This document shows, in pieces, positions 1-9,205 of a DNA stretch of 64,000 nt. The stretch comes from Escherichia phage vB_EcoS_AKFV33, in the sequence record NC_017969.1. One strand, 5' to 3'. The notes beneath the pieces were generated by a model, which saw nothing but the letters and a program-made list of their open reading frames with translations, was not told the DNA's origin and did no database searches. Within the stretch, counting starts at the first letter, position 1; each line of letters opens with the position of its first letter. The position numbers and the translations under genes are program-made.

Positions 1-120
1 CCAGTGGGTTGGGGGAGAATACTTAGTCTGCTAACCGCCACCCCCGTTACTATTAGCAAGGTAATTGTTTCATCCTGCAACCATTTTAATTGCAGGATGA
101 AACTATTTCAACTTTAATTA

Positions 121-855
121 TTACGCAACTTTTAATTTCTCCATGTATTGTTGCGGGCTGCAACTATATTCTGCGCGTTCTTCCTCGGTCATACCTTCCC
201 AACATAATTTCAAACGATCAGCTAGGAATTGATAATCATTATCATCATCGAGGGATTCATCAATAAAGGTTTCACCTATTAATGCCACGCCGATTGATAG
301 AATATCGTTAACGGCTTGTGCGTCCAGTGTTTTAAATCCGTATGACGCTGCCGCTGATAGCACGCCTTTATGATCATCAATCATTGTAAAATCAGCGTTC
401 GGATATAACTGTTTAAATAACTCAAAATAATAAGATTTATACACTGCGTCCTTGCTGTGGTATATTTCGCTAACCTTATCAGCTTTAAAATATTTATGCA
501 GTGTGTCGCGGGAAAACACGCGGATATTGCTTTTATCACGACCACGCAAGCCTTGTTTGCGCAGGAAGTAATAATCTGATTTGCTCATTAGTCGAGCGGT
601 GCAAATAATGTTTAAAGTATTTGAGTCATTCATGCACTGGCGCATGTATTCAACTAATGGTAATAAAGTATCTTGCATTATTAAATGATGTTTGCAGGCT
701 TCATTTTTATACTTATTTAAATCTAAATTACCCTCATTATCAAAGCAAGGCGCTACACGATGGAAAGAATTAATGATAGTGCCGTCTAAATCCCAAATCA
801 TGACGCGGGAAATATGCGGGAAGCTGCGGGAAATATTCATAATAGCTTTATTCAT
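121..855 (-). CDS. dmp: 5'-deoxyribonucleotidase, HAD-family phosphatase (pre-early)
   Basis: 244 aa ORF; N-terminal HAD motif I (WDLDGTII); first gene of leftward pre-early operon as in T5-like phages. Confidence 0.8.
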   Translation of the reverse strand: MNKAIMNISRSFPHISRVMIWDLDGTIINSFHRVAPCFDNEGNLDLNKYKNEACKHHLIMQDTLLPLVEYMRQCMNDSNTLNIICTARLMSKSDYYFLRKQGLRGRDKSNIRVFSRDTLHKYFKADKVSEIYHSKDAVYKSYYFELFKQLYPNADFTMIDDHKGVLSAAASYGFKTLDAQAVNDILSIGVALIGETFIDESLDDDNDYQFLADRLKLCWEGMTEEERAEYSCSPQQYMEKLKVA

Positions 856-941
856 TTGTTACGTTCTCCATTTAAGGGATTAGATTAATTCAATCTAGCC
901 CACTAATTATATTTTATTAGTGGGCTATGTTCAATTAACTA

Positions 942-1343
942 TTAGAACACCAGACCAAAAGCAAGAGCATCAGCGATAAAACTAACATCCTCACCTGATA
1001 CATGGGAACGAATACCCGCGCAGGTATATACTTTTGCACTGATCAATTGATCATCGAGGCAAGCGAGGCAAGGCGCGACAACTGCAAAGGCTAGGCCGGA
1101 TTTTACGGCGTCGATGATAATCGTTTCTTGTTTCACAGTGTCAACATAAACACCTTTTGCTTTAATATGGCTGGTTAGTTTACCTTGCATATATGCAAAG
1201 GTAGTAACCTGCAAGGCGTCGTTAAAGTCCAATAGCTCATCAATAACGTGCCCCGCCTCGACGTGGTAACGTTCGCCATTAGAATAAACCAGAACAATTG
1301 AGGATTGAGCGCGATCGAATGGAATGCGATTAGATTTAGCCAT
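942..1343 (-). CDS. hypothetical pre-early protein
   Basis: 133 aa ORF; conserved AATCCC..GGAG-type leader upstream. Confidence 0.5.
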   Translation of the reverse strand: MAKSNRIPFDRAQSSIVLVYSNGERYHVEAGHVIDELLDFNDALQVTTFAYMQGKLTSHIKAKGVYVDTVKQETIIIDAVKSGLAFAVVAPCLACLDDQLISAKVYTCAGIRSHVSGEDVSFIADALAFGLVF

Positions 1344-1379
1344 GTTTATAACTCCAATTAGTTTAATAAGGGGTTTAAT

Positions 1380-1637
1380 TTATTTGATAATAATCTGCAT
1401 CTGGTACGGCGTTAATTCACCGTTTACGGGTAAGTTATTATCGCTTAGCCACTCATAAAAAGCACCATCATCATCAAAAGGGACAATATCGTTATCACGG
1501 GAATCGACGGAAATAATACCATCCGTATTAGTTTTGGCGGCTAGGATAGGTCCGAAGCTGTAAACTTTATCGGATTCCATTTCATCCGGTGAAATGAATA
1601 CTTTTTCGTCCAATGTTTTGGGTAATGTAACTTTCAT
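1380..1637 (-). CDS. hypothetical pre-early protein
   Basis: 85 aa ORF, acidic, SD upstream. Confidence 0.45.
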   Translation of the reverse strand: MKVTLPKTLDEKVFISPDEMESDKVYSFGPILAAKTNTDGIISVDSRDNDIVPFDDDGAFYEWLSDNNLPVNGELTPYQMQIIIK

Positions 1638-1694
1638 TCTAATTTAGCTCCTATAATAGCGGCTATATTTCAAGCCGCTAGGGTAATAATTTAA

Positions 1695-3359
1695 TTATGC
1701 AAAGAATTTACCGTTTTTAAAGTCAATCAAAGTGCGCTGACCGTTTGCATAGGTAATTAAATGCGTTTGCGTCCAGCTTGACGCGCCAACGTTGTAACCC
1801 ATGTCCAGACTACCAGCTACGCCAGCGGTGTATACGCCACCGTAAATGCTGGCGGTATGAGTGTGTCCAGTGTTCAGTTTACCCAATTTCTTAAACTGTT
1901 TCGGATTGCCACGGCTGCCGTTAATGCCGTTGTGACCGTGTACGCCGCATTCAATGCCTGCAATCTTGAAAGATTGATCAGTAGTCAGGAAAATGGCGTT
2001 AAATTCACAACCTGCAACCTTGCGCAGCGCATAATCTAGCACGTTGAAGGTGTCGTCTTTTTCTGCAATAGCTCCATAAATCGCGGCATTTAGGCGGTGA
2101 TATAGTTCGGCGTTGGCGGGATCGTCTTTGATGTTAGCATTACGATCATCCAGCCAACGGGATAACGCCAGATCATGGTTAGATTCAACAATGATTGTTT
2201 GAGAAAAATCGCGCTCCATTGACTCCAACACGCGCCCCGTATCGATAAGATCATCCAGAACTTTATCACGTCCGGCGGCATACTGTTTTGCTAGGAATAC
2301 ACCGGATGCGCGGTTATGATGATTGCGGGATGTAAAATCATGCACGTCATGCACAAACTGATATTTTGGTTTAAGAATATCAAGCAAGCTATTTTCGCCA
2401 GCCCATGACGCAACGGCACAATCATCATCCAGTTTTTCGGCGTGAATATCGCCATATTGCAAGCCTAAAACATGCCCCGACGTTTCATAGCATCCGGCAG
2501 GAGTAGCGCAAACATTCAGATCATAAAATACCCCGCTTTCATCCATCGTTTCAAGCTGGCGAACAAAAAACTCACCGTCTTCGTCGAACTCGACAACAAG
2601 CGCACCGAAATTATGCAATGCTTCGGCTTTTTGTCCTGCCTTCTGCTGAATGTAGTTTTTGAGCGTTGCCGTTCCAGTTGAATACATACGGCGCACTACT
2701 TCACCTTTTAAAGCTGGCACGCTTTCGGCGGTAATTTTAGCGTGACCAATTGCCAGACCTTCCAGATTAAGCGCCGTTGCAGTTTCAGCGAATCCAGAAA
2801 GCGGATAATCTGCGGTGGGCAAAACGTTAATTTCAGCCATGAAAGCAAAACGGCGGTTATTTAAAAACACGTTTTTGCTGCAAATATATTTATCGAATGC
2901 GGAATCATATTTTATCCCATCCGCGCCCTCGCCATTTTGGAATCCGTTTTTATTATAAATATACTTAGAAACAAGCAAATCAGCACCGATAAATTGGGCA
3001 TATTGCTCCAGACTTGCTAAAAAGTTTTTATGCGGGAAAGTATTATTCTGAATCGATGTAATAATAAAGCGTTTGCCCTGCTTTACTTCCCAGCTTTCCA
3101 CCGTGCTAGAAACAATCCCCGCCGCTTCTGGGCGCTCATCGTTTTTAATGGCTTTTGCTACTTTTGCCGCTTTTGGTTTGACTGGTTTATTTGCTTCCAG
3201 CCAATCACAAATGGCGGTGGAGTGTTTAGTAGTATCGTATACCGCTTTCGAAATATCGTCACAAACTTCCAATTTAGTGGCGCGCAGACGTTTACCGTAG
3301 AAATTGAAGTCAGCGGCCATTTTCAGGATAACGGTTTGTTTTTCTGCGGAAATAATCAT
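1695..3359 (-). CDS. A1: A1-like pre-early protein with C-terminal calcineurin-like metallophosphoesterase domain
   Basis: 554 aa ORF; phosphoesterase motifs (GDIH, HGHNG, GHTH) in C-terminal half; lies between dmp and A2 as in T5. Confidence 0.8.
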   Translation of the reverse strand: MIISAEKQTVILKMAADFNFYGKRLRATKLEVCDDISKAVYDTTKHSTAICDWLEANKPVKPKAAKVAKAIKNDERPEAAGIVSSTVESWEVKQGKRFIITSIQNNTFPHKNFLASLEQYAQFIGADLLVSKYIYNKNGFQNGEGADGIKYDSAFDKYICSKNVFLNNRRFAFMAEINVLPTADYPLSGFAETATALNLEGLAIGHAKITAESVPALKGEVVRRMYSTGTATLKNYIQQKAGQKAEALHNFGALVVEFDEDGEFFVRQLETMDESGVFYDLNVCATPAGCYETSGHVLGLQYGDIHAEKLDDDCAVASWAGENSLLDILKPKYQFVHDVHDFTSRNHHNRASGVFLAKQYAAGRDKVLDDLIDTGRVLESMERDFSQTIIVESNHDLALSRWLDDRNANIKDDPANAELYHRLNAAIYGAIAEKDDTFNVLDYALRKVAGCEFNAIFLTTDQSFKIAGIECGVHGHNGINGSRGNPKQFKKLGKLNTGHTHTASIYGGVYTAGVAGSLDMGYNVGASSWTQTHLITYANGQRTLIDFKNGKFFA

Positions 3360-3449
3360 AGTAATAAAACTCCATTAAAGGGATTAGGTTAATAACGGCA
3401 ATATTGCCAAATATAACGCCTCGAACAATAGGCGTTATAATTTGCAACA

Positions 3450-3647
3450 TTAATTTAAAGGCATAAGGCTAGAACTAACACCACAAGCAACGGCGGCAAT
3501 AAAACAAATCAGACCTAAACGTTTTGCTAATTTAGATTTACGTTTAAAATAATACGAATCTAAATCATTTTGAAAATAAGCGAACAATAACGAGGCCGCC
3601 ATAATAAATAAGCCTAGAATTAAAGATTCAGTAGGGAAGAAAACCAT
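3450..3647 (-). CDS. small membrane protein
   Basis: 65 aa ORF with hydrophobic segments; conserved leader motif upstream. Confidence 0.4.
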   Translation of the reverse strand: MVFFPTESLILGLFIMAASLLFAYFQNDLDSYYFKRKSKLAKRLGLICFIAAVACGVSSSLMPLN

Positions 3648-3738
3648 TTTTTAAAACTCCTGATTTAAGGGAAGAAAATAACTATCGCTAAACAGTTATA
3701 TTATTGCCCCCTCACTAGAAGGGGGCAAGGTATAACTA

Positions 3739-4146
3739 TTATTCCCCTGCGGCTTGTTTTACTTCATCGGCAACGCCTAGCAGTTGCGCTACGGCGTCCA
3801 GCGTTTCAAGTTTTGCACTTTCCAGACTTGCCAGATCATCGGCGTCTTTGATAATGCCGGAATCAATAGCATGTTTAGCGATAACGCGCACATAGTGAGC
3901 TTTACGCACAGAGCTACCGCCGCCAACTTTACGCGGCTTATCGCTTTTTTGATAGGCTTTTGCACTGGTCAATTTTGACCGAACGGATACGGGAGAAGCC
4001 GCGCCTACTGCTTTTGCAATCTCTTTTAAACCGTCGCTATTTGCGAAATCTAAACCGTTTTCATTGATTAACTGCTGGTACATAGAAACAGCTTTCTGAG
4101 TGTTTTCTTCGTTCCATGCGAATTTTGCGGTTTTTGCGTTAGTCAT
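3739..4146 (-). CDS. A2: A2-like pre-early protein
   Basis: 135 aa ORF directly upstream of A1 in operon order; size and position match T5 A2. Confidence 0.65.
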   Translation of the reverse strand: MTNAKTAKFAWNEENTQKAVSMYQQLINENGLDFANSDGLKEIAKAVGAASPVSVRSKLTSAKAYQKSDKPRKVGGGSSVRKAHYVRVIAKHAIDSGIIKDADDLASLESAKLETLDAVAQLLGVADEVKQAAGE

Positions 4147-4247
4147 GATTGTAGCTCCTGTTAGTTTAATTTAAGGGATAAGATTAACATAATGTTAATC
4201 GTTATATACCCCGAACTACTGGGGTATATAAAGTTAACACTATAAAT

Positions 4248-4499
4248 TTATGCTACGGCTTCCCATTTTTCGTTGCGTTGAACAACCTTTACAACGTCGC
4301 CGGATTTAACGCGAACGCTAAAAACGGTTTTGCCGTTGTTACTACGTTCATTTTCAGCGTATACCGCGTCGATTGTATCAAATGGCATAAGCGCCGCGCC
4401 TTTAATGCGTTCGGCCTTTCCGGTTAATTCATCCGTTTTAGTAACGAAAGGAATAAAAACGGATTGACCAATTTTAGGCGCGGTAATAACGTTTTGCAT
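4248..4499 (-). CDS. hypothetical pre-early protein
   Basis: 83 aa ORF; conserved leader motif upstream. Confidence 0.45.
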   Translation of the reverse strand: MQNVITAPKIGQSVFIPFVTKTDELTGKAERIKGAALMPFDTIDAVYAENERSNNGKTVFSVRVKSGDVVKVVQRNEKWEAVA

Positions 4500-4732
4500 A
4501 GTATAAACTCCAGTTATTTAGGGGATTGTTCCGCATTACCTGCTAGAAAAGTAGTGGCAGGTAATAAGTAACAATCCGCTCGCCAATATAATCAATTTAA
4601 AGAACTCCACGCAGGCTGCTATATCCCAGTTAGGGGGCAGGATGATTTATGGGGAATCACCTAACCGTCAAATTTTATCAAGTTATCGCTCTTTTCGAAC
4701 TGGGTACATCTTAAAACCTATCGGCTAGGTTG

Positions 4733-4936
4733 TCAAACGGTTTTTTGCAGTTTTTTATGATTTTCTTTTAGGTCAATCATAATATTTCGCCAGATCATTT
4801 CCAGACCTTGCTGGCGACCTTTCTTGTACTGCGTGAATCGGTATTTTACCGATCTTTGCGCTACTGTCAACAAATTTTTTGTTTTGCTATCTAGTGCCTT
4901 AATAGGCTTGCCAGTGATCAAAAGCGTTTGTTTCAT
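4733..4936 (-). CDS. hypothetical protein
   Basis: 67 aa basic ORF. Confidence 0.3.
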   Translation of the reverse strand: MKQTLLITGKPIKALDSKTKNLLTVAQRSVKYRFTQYKKGRQQGLEMIWRNIMIDLKENHKKLQKTV

Positions 4937-5223
4937 ATCGTCGATTCCTTATAATGAATAAGTTTACCGCCGATAGGCTTTAAGATATACCCAATTTTTA
5001 AAGAGCGTGGCGGTAAACTTCCCGCCGTGTAGTTCGTCATTGCCGCCCTACGAGATAAATAATAGGGGATTCCCGAAAATGGCGCAACCTTATTTTTGTA
5101 AAGAAACGTAAAGACACGATCCACCGAACGGCGTGCGGCGACCTGGGCGCGGCGCATTAAAATTAAAAGAAACGGGCGCGCGAATACCACAAAACAAAGC
5201 AAATAGGCAAGTAATTTTTTCAT
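4933..5223 (-). CDS. hypothetical protein with N-terminal signal/TM segment
   Basis: 96 aa ORF, N-terminus MKKLLAYLLCFVVFA. Confidence 0.35.
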   Translation of the reverse strand: MKKLLAYLLCFVVFARPFLLILMRRAQVAARRSVDRVFTFLYKNKVAPFSGIPYYLSRRAAMTNYTAGSLPPRSLKIGYILKPIGGKLIHYKESTI

Positions 5224-5393
5224 TTATATTTGCTTTCCCCTACTTGACAAAATCTAAAAAGCTCGTGGTAGCGATAAACGGCTTATCCCCTTATGATGGG
5301 ATGGCTAAAAACTTCATCGCGTTCTAGGGCGTTTTAGACGTGTTCTAGCCCTGTTGATAACTTATCCCCAAAAGCAAAAATGAAATTTTCCTA

Positions 5394-5429
5394 GTTATCC
5401 ACTTGACTTTTATTTTCCAGTGGATAACT
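5394..5429. promoter_or_regulatory. inverted pair of DnaA-box-like sites (AGTTATCCAC / GTGGATAACT) with 16-bp spacer
   Basis: perfect 10-bp inverted repeat containing TTATCCAC. Confidence 0.45.
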
Positions 5430-5678
5430 ACTTATTTTATAAAATTAATTAATTGACTTTTATTTGTTAGTATGTATCGGAAAGATAGCAGACTAATAAT
5501 TACTAGAATAATAACCATGCTGGTGGATTGTAACGGCCTAAACTATCAGCAGACTATTAATCACGAAAAATCTCGTTAGCTAACTAACTATTTCATGATG
5601 TATAATATACATATAAATTAATGAGAAATAATAACTATAAGAAACTATCGGCCTAAGTGAGAACCACTATCATTTAAG

Positions 5679-5771
5679 TTATCCACAAGTTTATTAACAG
5701 CACAAAATGATTTGACACGATAGGCGGCGATATAAAGACTTATCCACAGACTTATCCACAGGTTATCCTAC
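5679..5771. promoter_or_regulatory. cluster of DnaA boxes (TTATCCACA x3 plus TTATCCTAC)
   Basis: exact matches to DnaA box consensus at about 5679, 5740, 5752. Confidence 0.5.
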
Positions 5772-5786
5772 TGTATAAATATACAG
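5740..5786. repeat. left arm of inverted repeat (CTTATCCACAG..TTATCCTACTGTATAAATATACAG)
   Basis: reverse-complement copy found at 8876-8911. Confidence 0.5.
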
Positions 5787-6053
5787 GGTAGAAAGGTAGT
5801 GTTAACAACTGCAATCAATTTTAAGCGGCCTAAAACGCTTTCTAACGAGCTAAATGCGGTGGGATAATATTAAAGTAAAGCCTTCACCCGTCGCCCTGGT
5901 GGCTTCGCCGTGGTTTGCTCTTTATTACACCGCTGCGCGGTTAGCATAAAACTAGGCGCTAGGCAAGGAAAATAAAAAGGTAAAATAATATTTGCCCCTA
6001 GAAAGAAAATACCTTTATCATTCACTCACCGATTAACGAGGGAGGCCGAACAA

Positions 6054-7046
6054 ATGAGGCTTTATAAACCTGATAATGCCACCGTTTTAAAAGGTGCATT
6101 GCGTAACCTGCTGGACGGTAGCAGGTCAACCAGCATCAAACATTTTGTTTTCAATATTGAAACTATTCATCGTAATTTTATTGATGATTATGATGCTTAT
6201 AATATGAATAGTTTTCTACCGTTATATAAACAAGGGGCAACGCTTGTTTTATATAATCAGGATTATCAATTGCTTACTAGCAGGGGGTCGGATACTGATT
6301 TCATAATCGTAAAAGGTAGCACAGTAAAAGCCTATGATACCGGGGCGGGCTTAGAAGTTTTCACAATAGAAAACTATGAGGCTAATGATAATGATCTTTA
6401 TGATGTAGAAAATTTTCTCGATTCATTTTGGCGTTATTTATCAGTTGGCTGGAATCGATCAGATTATGACGGGTATCGTTTTGCGGCTGTAATGGCTTTT
6501 GATGATAACGGTAATTTTTTGTTACCGTCGGAATTATGCCCTTATGTATATAATGATCTAATAGAAGAGGCTGGTTTTTCTTTCTGGAAAGATGATGATC
6601 AGCCCATTGACAATACAGAAAAACATGCTGTAAATTCTAACACTCAAAGCGTTAATACTCAAATCACTGAAAACAAAGGAAAAAACACCATGACCAAGAT
6701 CGCTAATATTGTTGCCGCTAATAAATCCGCTGTTGTAAATGCTGCAAAACTGGAAGCGGGTAAAATTGCACTGACTCAAATCACGAAAGTAGCGGCTAAA
6801 AAAGCACCGTTTATTATCAAGGGTTATATTGATACGCCGATTGGTCGGGTAGTGATTGCCAACCTGCTGAGCGTAGCGGTTGACCAGTACGCCCCTAGCA
6901 ACCAAAAAGCGAAAGCGGTAGCGGGCGCAGCTATGGAAGCGGCCATGTTAGAAATGGTGCAATCTTTTAACATTGCTGAGATGATTGATGAAATGGTGAA
7001 AGGTATTGATATTTCTACTTTTACCGTTAACAACGAAAGCGAGTAA
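6054..7046 (+). CDS. hypothetical protein (rightward pre-early cassette)
   Basis: 330 aa ORF with strong SD (GAGGGAGG) 7 nt upstream of ATG; Ala/Lys-rich C-terminal half. Confidence 0.6.
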   Translation: MRLYKPDNATVLKGALRNLLDGSRSTSIKHFVFNIETIHRNFIDDYDAYNMNSFLPLYKQGATLVLYNQDYQLLTSRGSDTDFIIVKGSTVKAYDTGAGLEVFTIENYEANDNDLYDVENFLDSFWRYLSVGWNRSDYDGYRFAAVMAFDDNGNFLLPSELCPYVYNDLIEEAGFSFWKDDDQPIDNTEKHAVNSNTQSVNTQITENKGKNTMTKIANIVAANKSAVVNAAKLEAGKIALTQITKVAAKKAPFIIKGYIDTPIGRVVIANLLSVAVDQYAPSNQKAKAVAGAAMEAAMLEMVQSFNIAEMIDEMVKGIDISTFTVNNESE

Positions 7047-7073
7047 TAGCTAACCTAGTGTAAAGTTTTGTAA

Positions 7074-7100
7074 AGGTCGCCTTTTATGGTGGCCTTTTTT
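7074..7100 (+). terminator. rho-independent terminator candidate
   Basis: hairpin AGGTCGCC/GGTGGCCT (with G-U pairs) followed by TTTTTT. Confidence 0.45.
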
Positions 7101-7162
7101 GTTATAATGCCTTTACACCAAAACGGTGGATTGAAAATTTCCCAAAAAATTGGAGGCTTATA

Positions 7163-7393
7163 ATGGTTGCTTACTCTTCTGCTAGTCATCTGTTCACCGC
7201 TCAAGGCTGGGTATCTAACCGCGTTATTATTCACGAAATGGTGCAAGAATATGGCATTGCTAAAACTTATAACACCATTCAGGAATTATATAACGCTGAT
7301 AAGATTGATCAGCAAACGGCTGGCTTTTTGCTAGATACCCTGAAAGCTGAACATTGCACTAAAAAACAAGCCGCTAAAATTGTTTTAATGTAA
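7163..7393 (+). CDS. hypothetical protein
   Basis: 76 aa ORF, SD GGAGG upstream. Confidence 0.45.
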   Translation: MVAYSSASHLFTAQGWVSNRVIIHEMVQEYGIAKTYNTIQELYNADKIDQQTAGFLLDTLKAEHCTKKQAAKIVLM

Positions 7394-7400
7394 TTAATAA

Positions 7401-7421
7401 CGGGGGATATTATATCCCCCG
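7401..7421 (+). terminator. stem-loop (CGGGGGATAT/TATATCCCCCG), terminator-like
   Basis: perfect 10-bp palindrome just after stop of 7163-7393. Confidence 0.3.
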
Positions 7422-7442
7422 ATAACTAGGAGGCTATCACAA

Positions 7443-7592
7443 ATGGTTATTTTTCGAGCTATTTTAGCGGGTATCTTGGGCGCTATTTTATCTTTGTTTG
7501 CAATAGCTTTCGGCGTTCACGCGGTTATTATCGGCGCGGGTATCGCTGTATTTTCTTATCTGCTGGGCTGCATGACTAGTAAAGGAGAATAA
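7443..7592 (+). CDS. small hydrophobic peptide (49 aa)
   Basis: ATG preceded by SD AGGAGG; product MVIFRAILAGILGAILSLFAIAFGVHAVIIGAGIAVFSYLLGCMTSKGE; below ORF-track size cutoff. Confidence 0.4.
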   Translation: MVIFRAILAGILGAILSLFAIAFGVHAVIIGAGIAVFSYLLGCMTSKGE

Positions 7593-7594
7593 AA

Positions 7595-7807
7595 ATGATC
7601 CGCAACGTTTCTCTTGCACGTTCGAAAGGCTTTAAGCTGGTGGATGCTAACACGTTCGAGCGTCCAGATTGTAAAATCGAATATGTAGCACGTAATAAAA
7701 ATGCCTTTCGTGTTACCGAGAAAAAATTCGACAAGCGCGGCAACGTGATCGCTGAAACGGTTAAACACTTTGCCACCTTTTACGCTGCGTTTCGTGGGGT
7801 ACTATGA
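7595..7807 (+). CDS. hypothetical protein
   Basis: 70 aa ORF, SD AAAGGAG upstream. Confidence 0.45.
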   Translation: MIRNVSLARSKGFKLVDANTFERPDCKIEYVARNKNAFRVTEKKFDKRGNVIAETVKHFATFYAAFRGVL

Positions 7808-7947
7808 AAAGCGTTATTGTTATTATCCTTGCAATGGTTAGCGGTTTTACCGCCACCTTATTTAAAAATGACCCCATTTCGTTGGGGATCTTTATGCTTT
7901 TATCTGGCTATCTGATCGGGAGGCTAACAAATGATTCAGCAAATTAA
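7804..7947 (+). CDS. small membrane peptide (47 aa)
   Basis: ATGA start/stop overlap with upstream gene; hydrophobic product MKSVIVIILAMVSGF... Confidence 0.35.
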   Translation: MKSVIVIILAMVSGFTATLFKNDPISLGIFMLLSGYLIGRLTNDSAN

Positions 7948-8053
7948 AACGGCTTTTCGTTTTTGGGGCGTCCTGCCTTCAATCGGTTTTATTCTGATAA
8001 TCATTAGTCAGCTAATGATTATAGGAGGAACTATTTGGGAGCTATGCAAATGA
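7931..8053 (+). CDS. small membrane peptide (40 aa)
   Basis: ATG with SD GGGAGG upstream; hydrophobic product MIQQIKTAFRFWGVLPSIGFILIII... Confidence 0.3.
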   Translation: MIQQIKTAFRFWGVLPSIGFILIIISQLMIIGGTIWELCK

Positions 8054-8394
8054 TAATTTATGAAGGCAATCGCTTTGTTGCTAATTGCCGTACGGCATTA
8101 CTAGCAAATTACTTAAATCAGCTTTCCCCAGCTTACAAGGGCGTTATTAATATTTATGAGGGCAAGGCGCATTATAAAATCAATGCGGTCGTTGCCCGTG
8201 AACTAGCGTTTCAATTTTTGACCTTTGCATCTTGTGACGTTCAGGTTATGGGTGAGGCATTAATTGCAGAAAATGAAGATGATTTTATTAATATTTTCCG
8301 CAAGATATGCACCGAGCGGCTGATAATGAAAGGCGCATATATTCAATCCACTGCGGATAGCATTGAAACAGCATTTCGAAAGGTGGCGCAGTGA
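8044..8394 (+). CDS. hypothetical protein
   Basis: ORF track 8035-8394 begins at a TTG; ATG at 8044 has SD AGGAGG upstream. Confidence 0.5.
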   Translation: MQMIIYEGNRFVANCRTALLANYLNQLSPAYKGVINIYEGKAHYKINAVVARELAFQFLTFASCDVQVMGEALIAENEDDFINIFRKICTERLIMKGAYIQSTADSIETAFRKVAQ

Positions 8395-8422
8395 GATAAT
8401 CAACTAATAACGGAGCGTTATT

Positions 8423-8617
8423 ATGAGCAATAAAATTATTGTAACCAAAACTAGTACAATGGTTGATATTTTTTACGTGCCCGATACGCCGGAAAACCGA
8501 CAAGCGGTCGAGCGTGGCGAATATGATAAAGTGATTTATGATCACGATGGTTATTATCATTATTTGGTAGATTCCTATGGGGAGGAGGAAAAAATCACGC
8601 ACCGACTACCGGACTAA
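8423..8617 (+). CDS. hypothetical protein
   Basis: 64 aa ORF, SD GGAG upstream. Confidence 0.45.
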   Translation: MSNKIIVTKTSTMVDIFYVPDTPENRQAVERGEYDKVIYDHDGYYHYLVDSYGEEEKITHRLPD

Positions 8618-8658
8618 TAATCACGGGGCGCAACTATCAGGAAGTGCCCCCAATTCTC

Positions 8659-8679
8659 AAATGAGAATGATTCTCATTT
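8659..8679. repeat. perfect palindrome AAATGAGAATGATTCTCATTT
   Basis: operator-like dyad symmetric site. Confidence 0.5.
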
Positions 8680-8875
8680 GACCGCGCTCGCGATGGTTAG
8701 CCTGCTAATGGTTAGGGTGTTACGTGTCGCCTTGTGTGATCGTTAGCGGGCTAACTAATTTTCAAGCCTCCTCCAATTTTGCCCTTGTTTTAGTATCTCC
8801 ACCAAAATTAAACGCGTTAGAATGCGATCTAGGACGTTTTAGCGGTATATTAGAATTATTCACTACATAGGAATA

Positions 8876-8911
8876 CTGTATATTTATACAGTAGGATAAG
8901 CTGTGGATAAG
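8876..8911. repeat. right arm of inverted repeat with DnaA box (CTGTATATTTATACAGTAGGATAAGCTGTGGATAAG)
   Basis: reverse complement of 5740-5786 region. Confidence 0.5.
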
Positions 8912-9002
8912 TCTGTTAATAACGCTTCAAAATGGCTAGGATTCTGTCAAATCAAATCGTGCTGTTAATAAGTCTGAGGATAACTTAAATAATAGTGTTT
9001 CT

Positions 9003-9175
9003 CACTTCCATTCTTAAATGCGAATCATTATCATTCGCATTTCACTATCTAACCGATAATCACTCCACTTTTTAAATGAGAATCATTTCACTTTTTGAAT
9101 AGCTCTCATTTCACTTCTTAAATGAGAATAATTATCATTTGCATTCCACTTCTTAAATGATAATGATTCTCATTC
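9003..9175. repeat. four direct copies of ~22-bp motif CACTTCTTAAATGAGAATCATT (some internally palindromic)
   Basis: copies near 9003, 9063, 9107, 9148. Confidence 0.5.
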
Positions 9176-9180
9176 AAAGT

Positions 9181-9200
9181 CGCAGGGCAATTGCCCTGCG
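9181..9200 (+). other. perfect 20-bp palindrome CGCAGGGCAATTGCCCTGCG (hairpin, terminator-like)
   Basis: followed by CTTTTG. Confidence 0.35.
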
Positions 9201-9205
9201 CTTTT

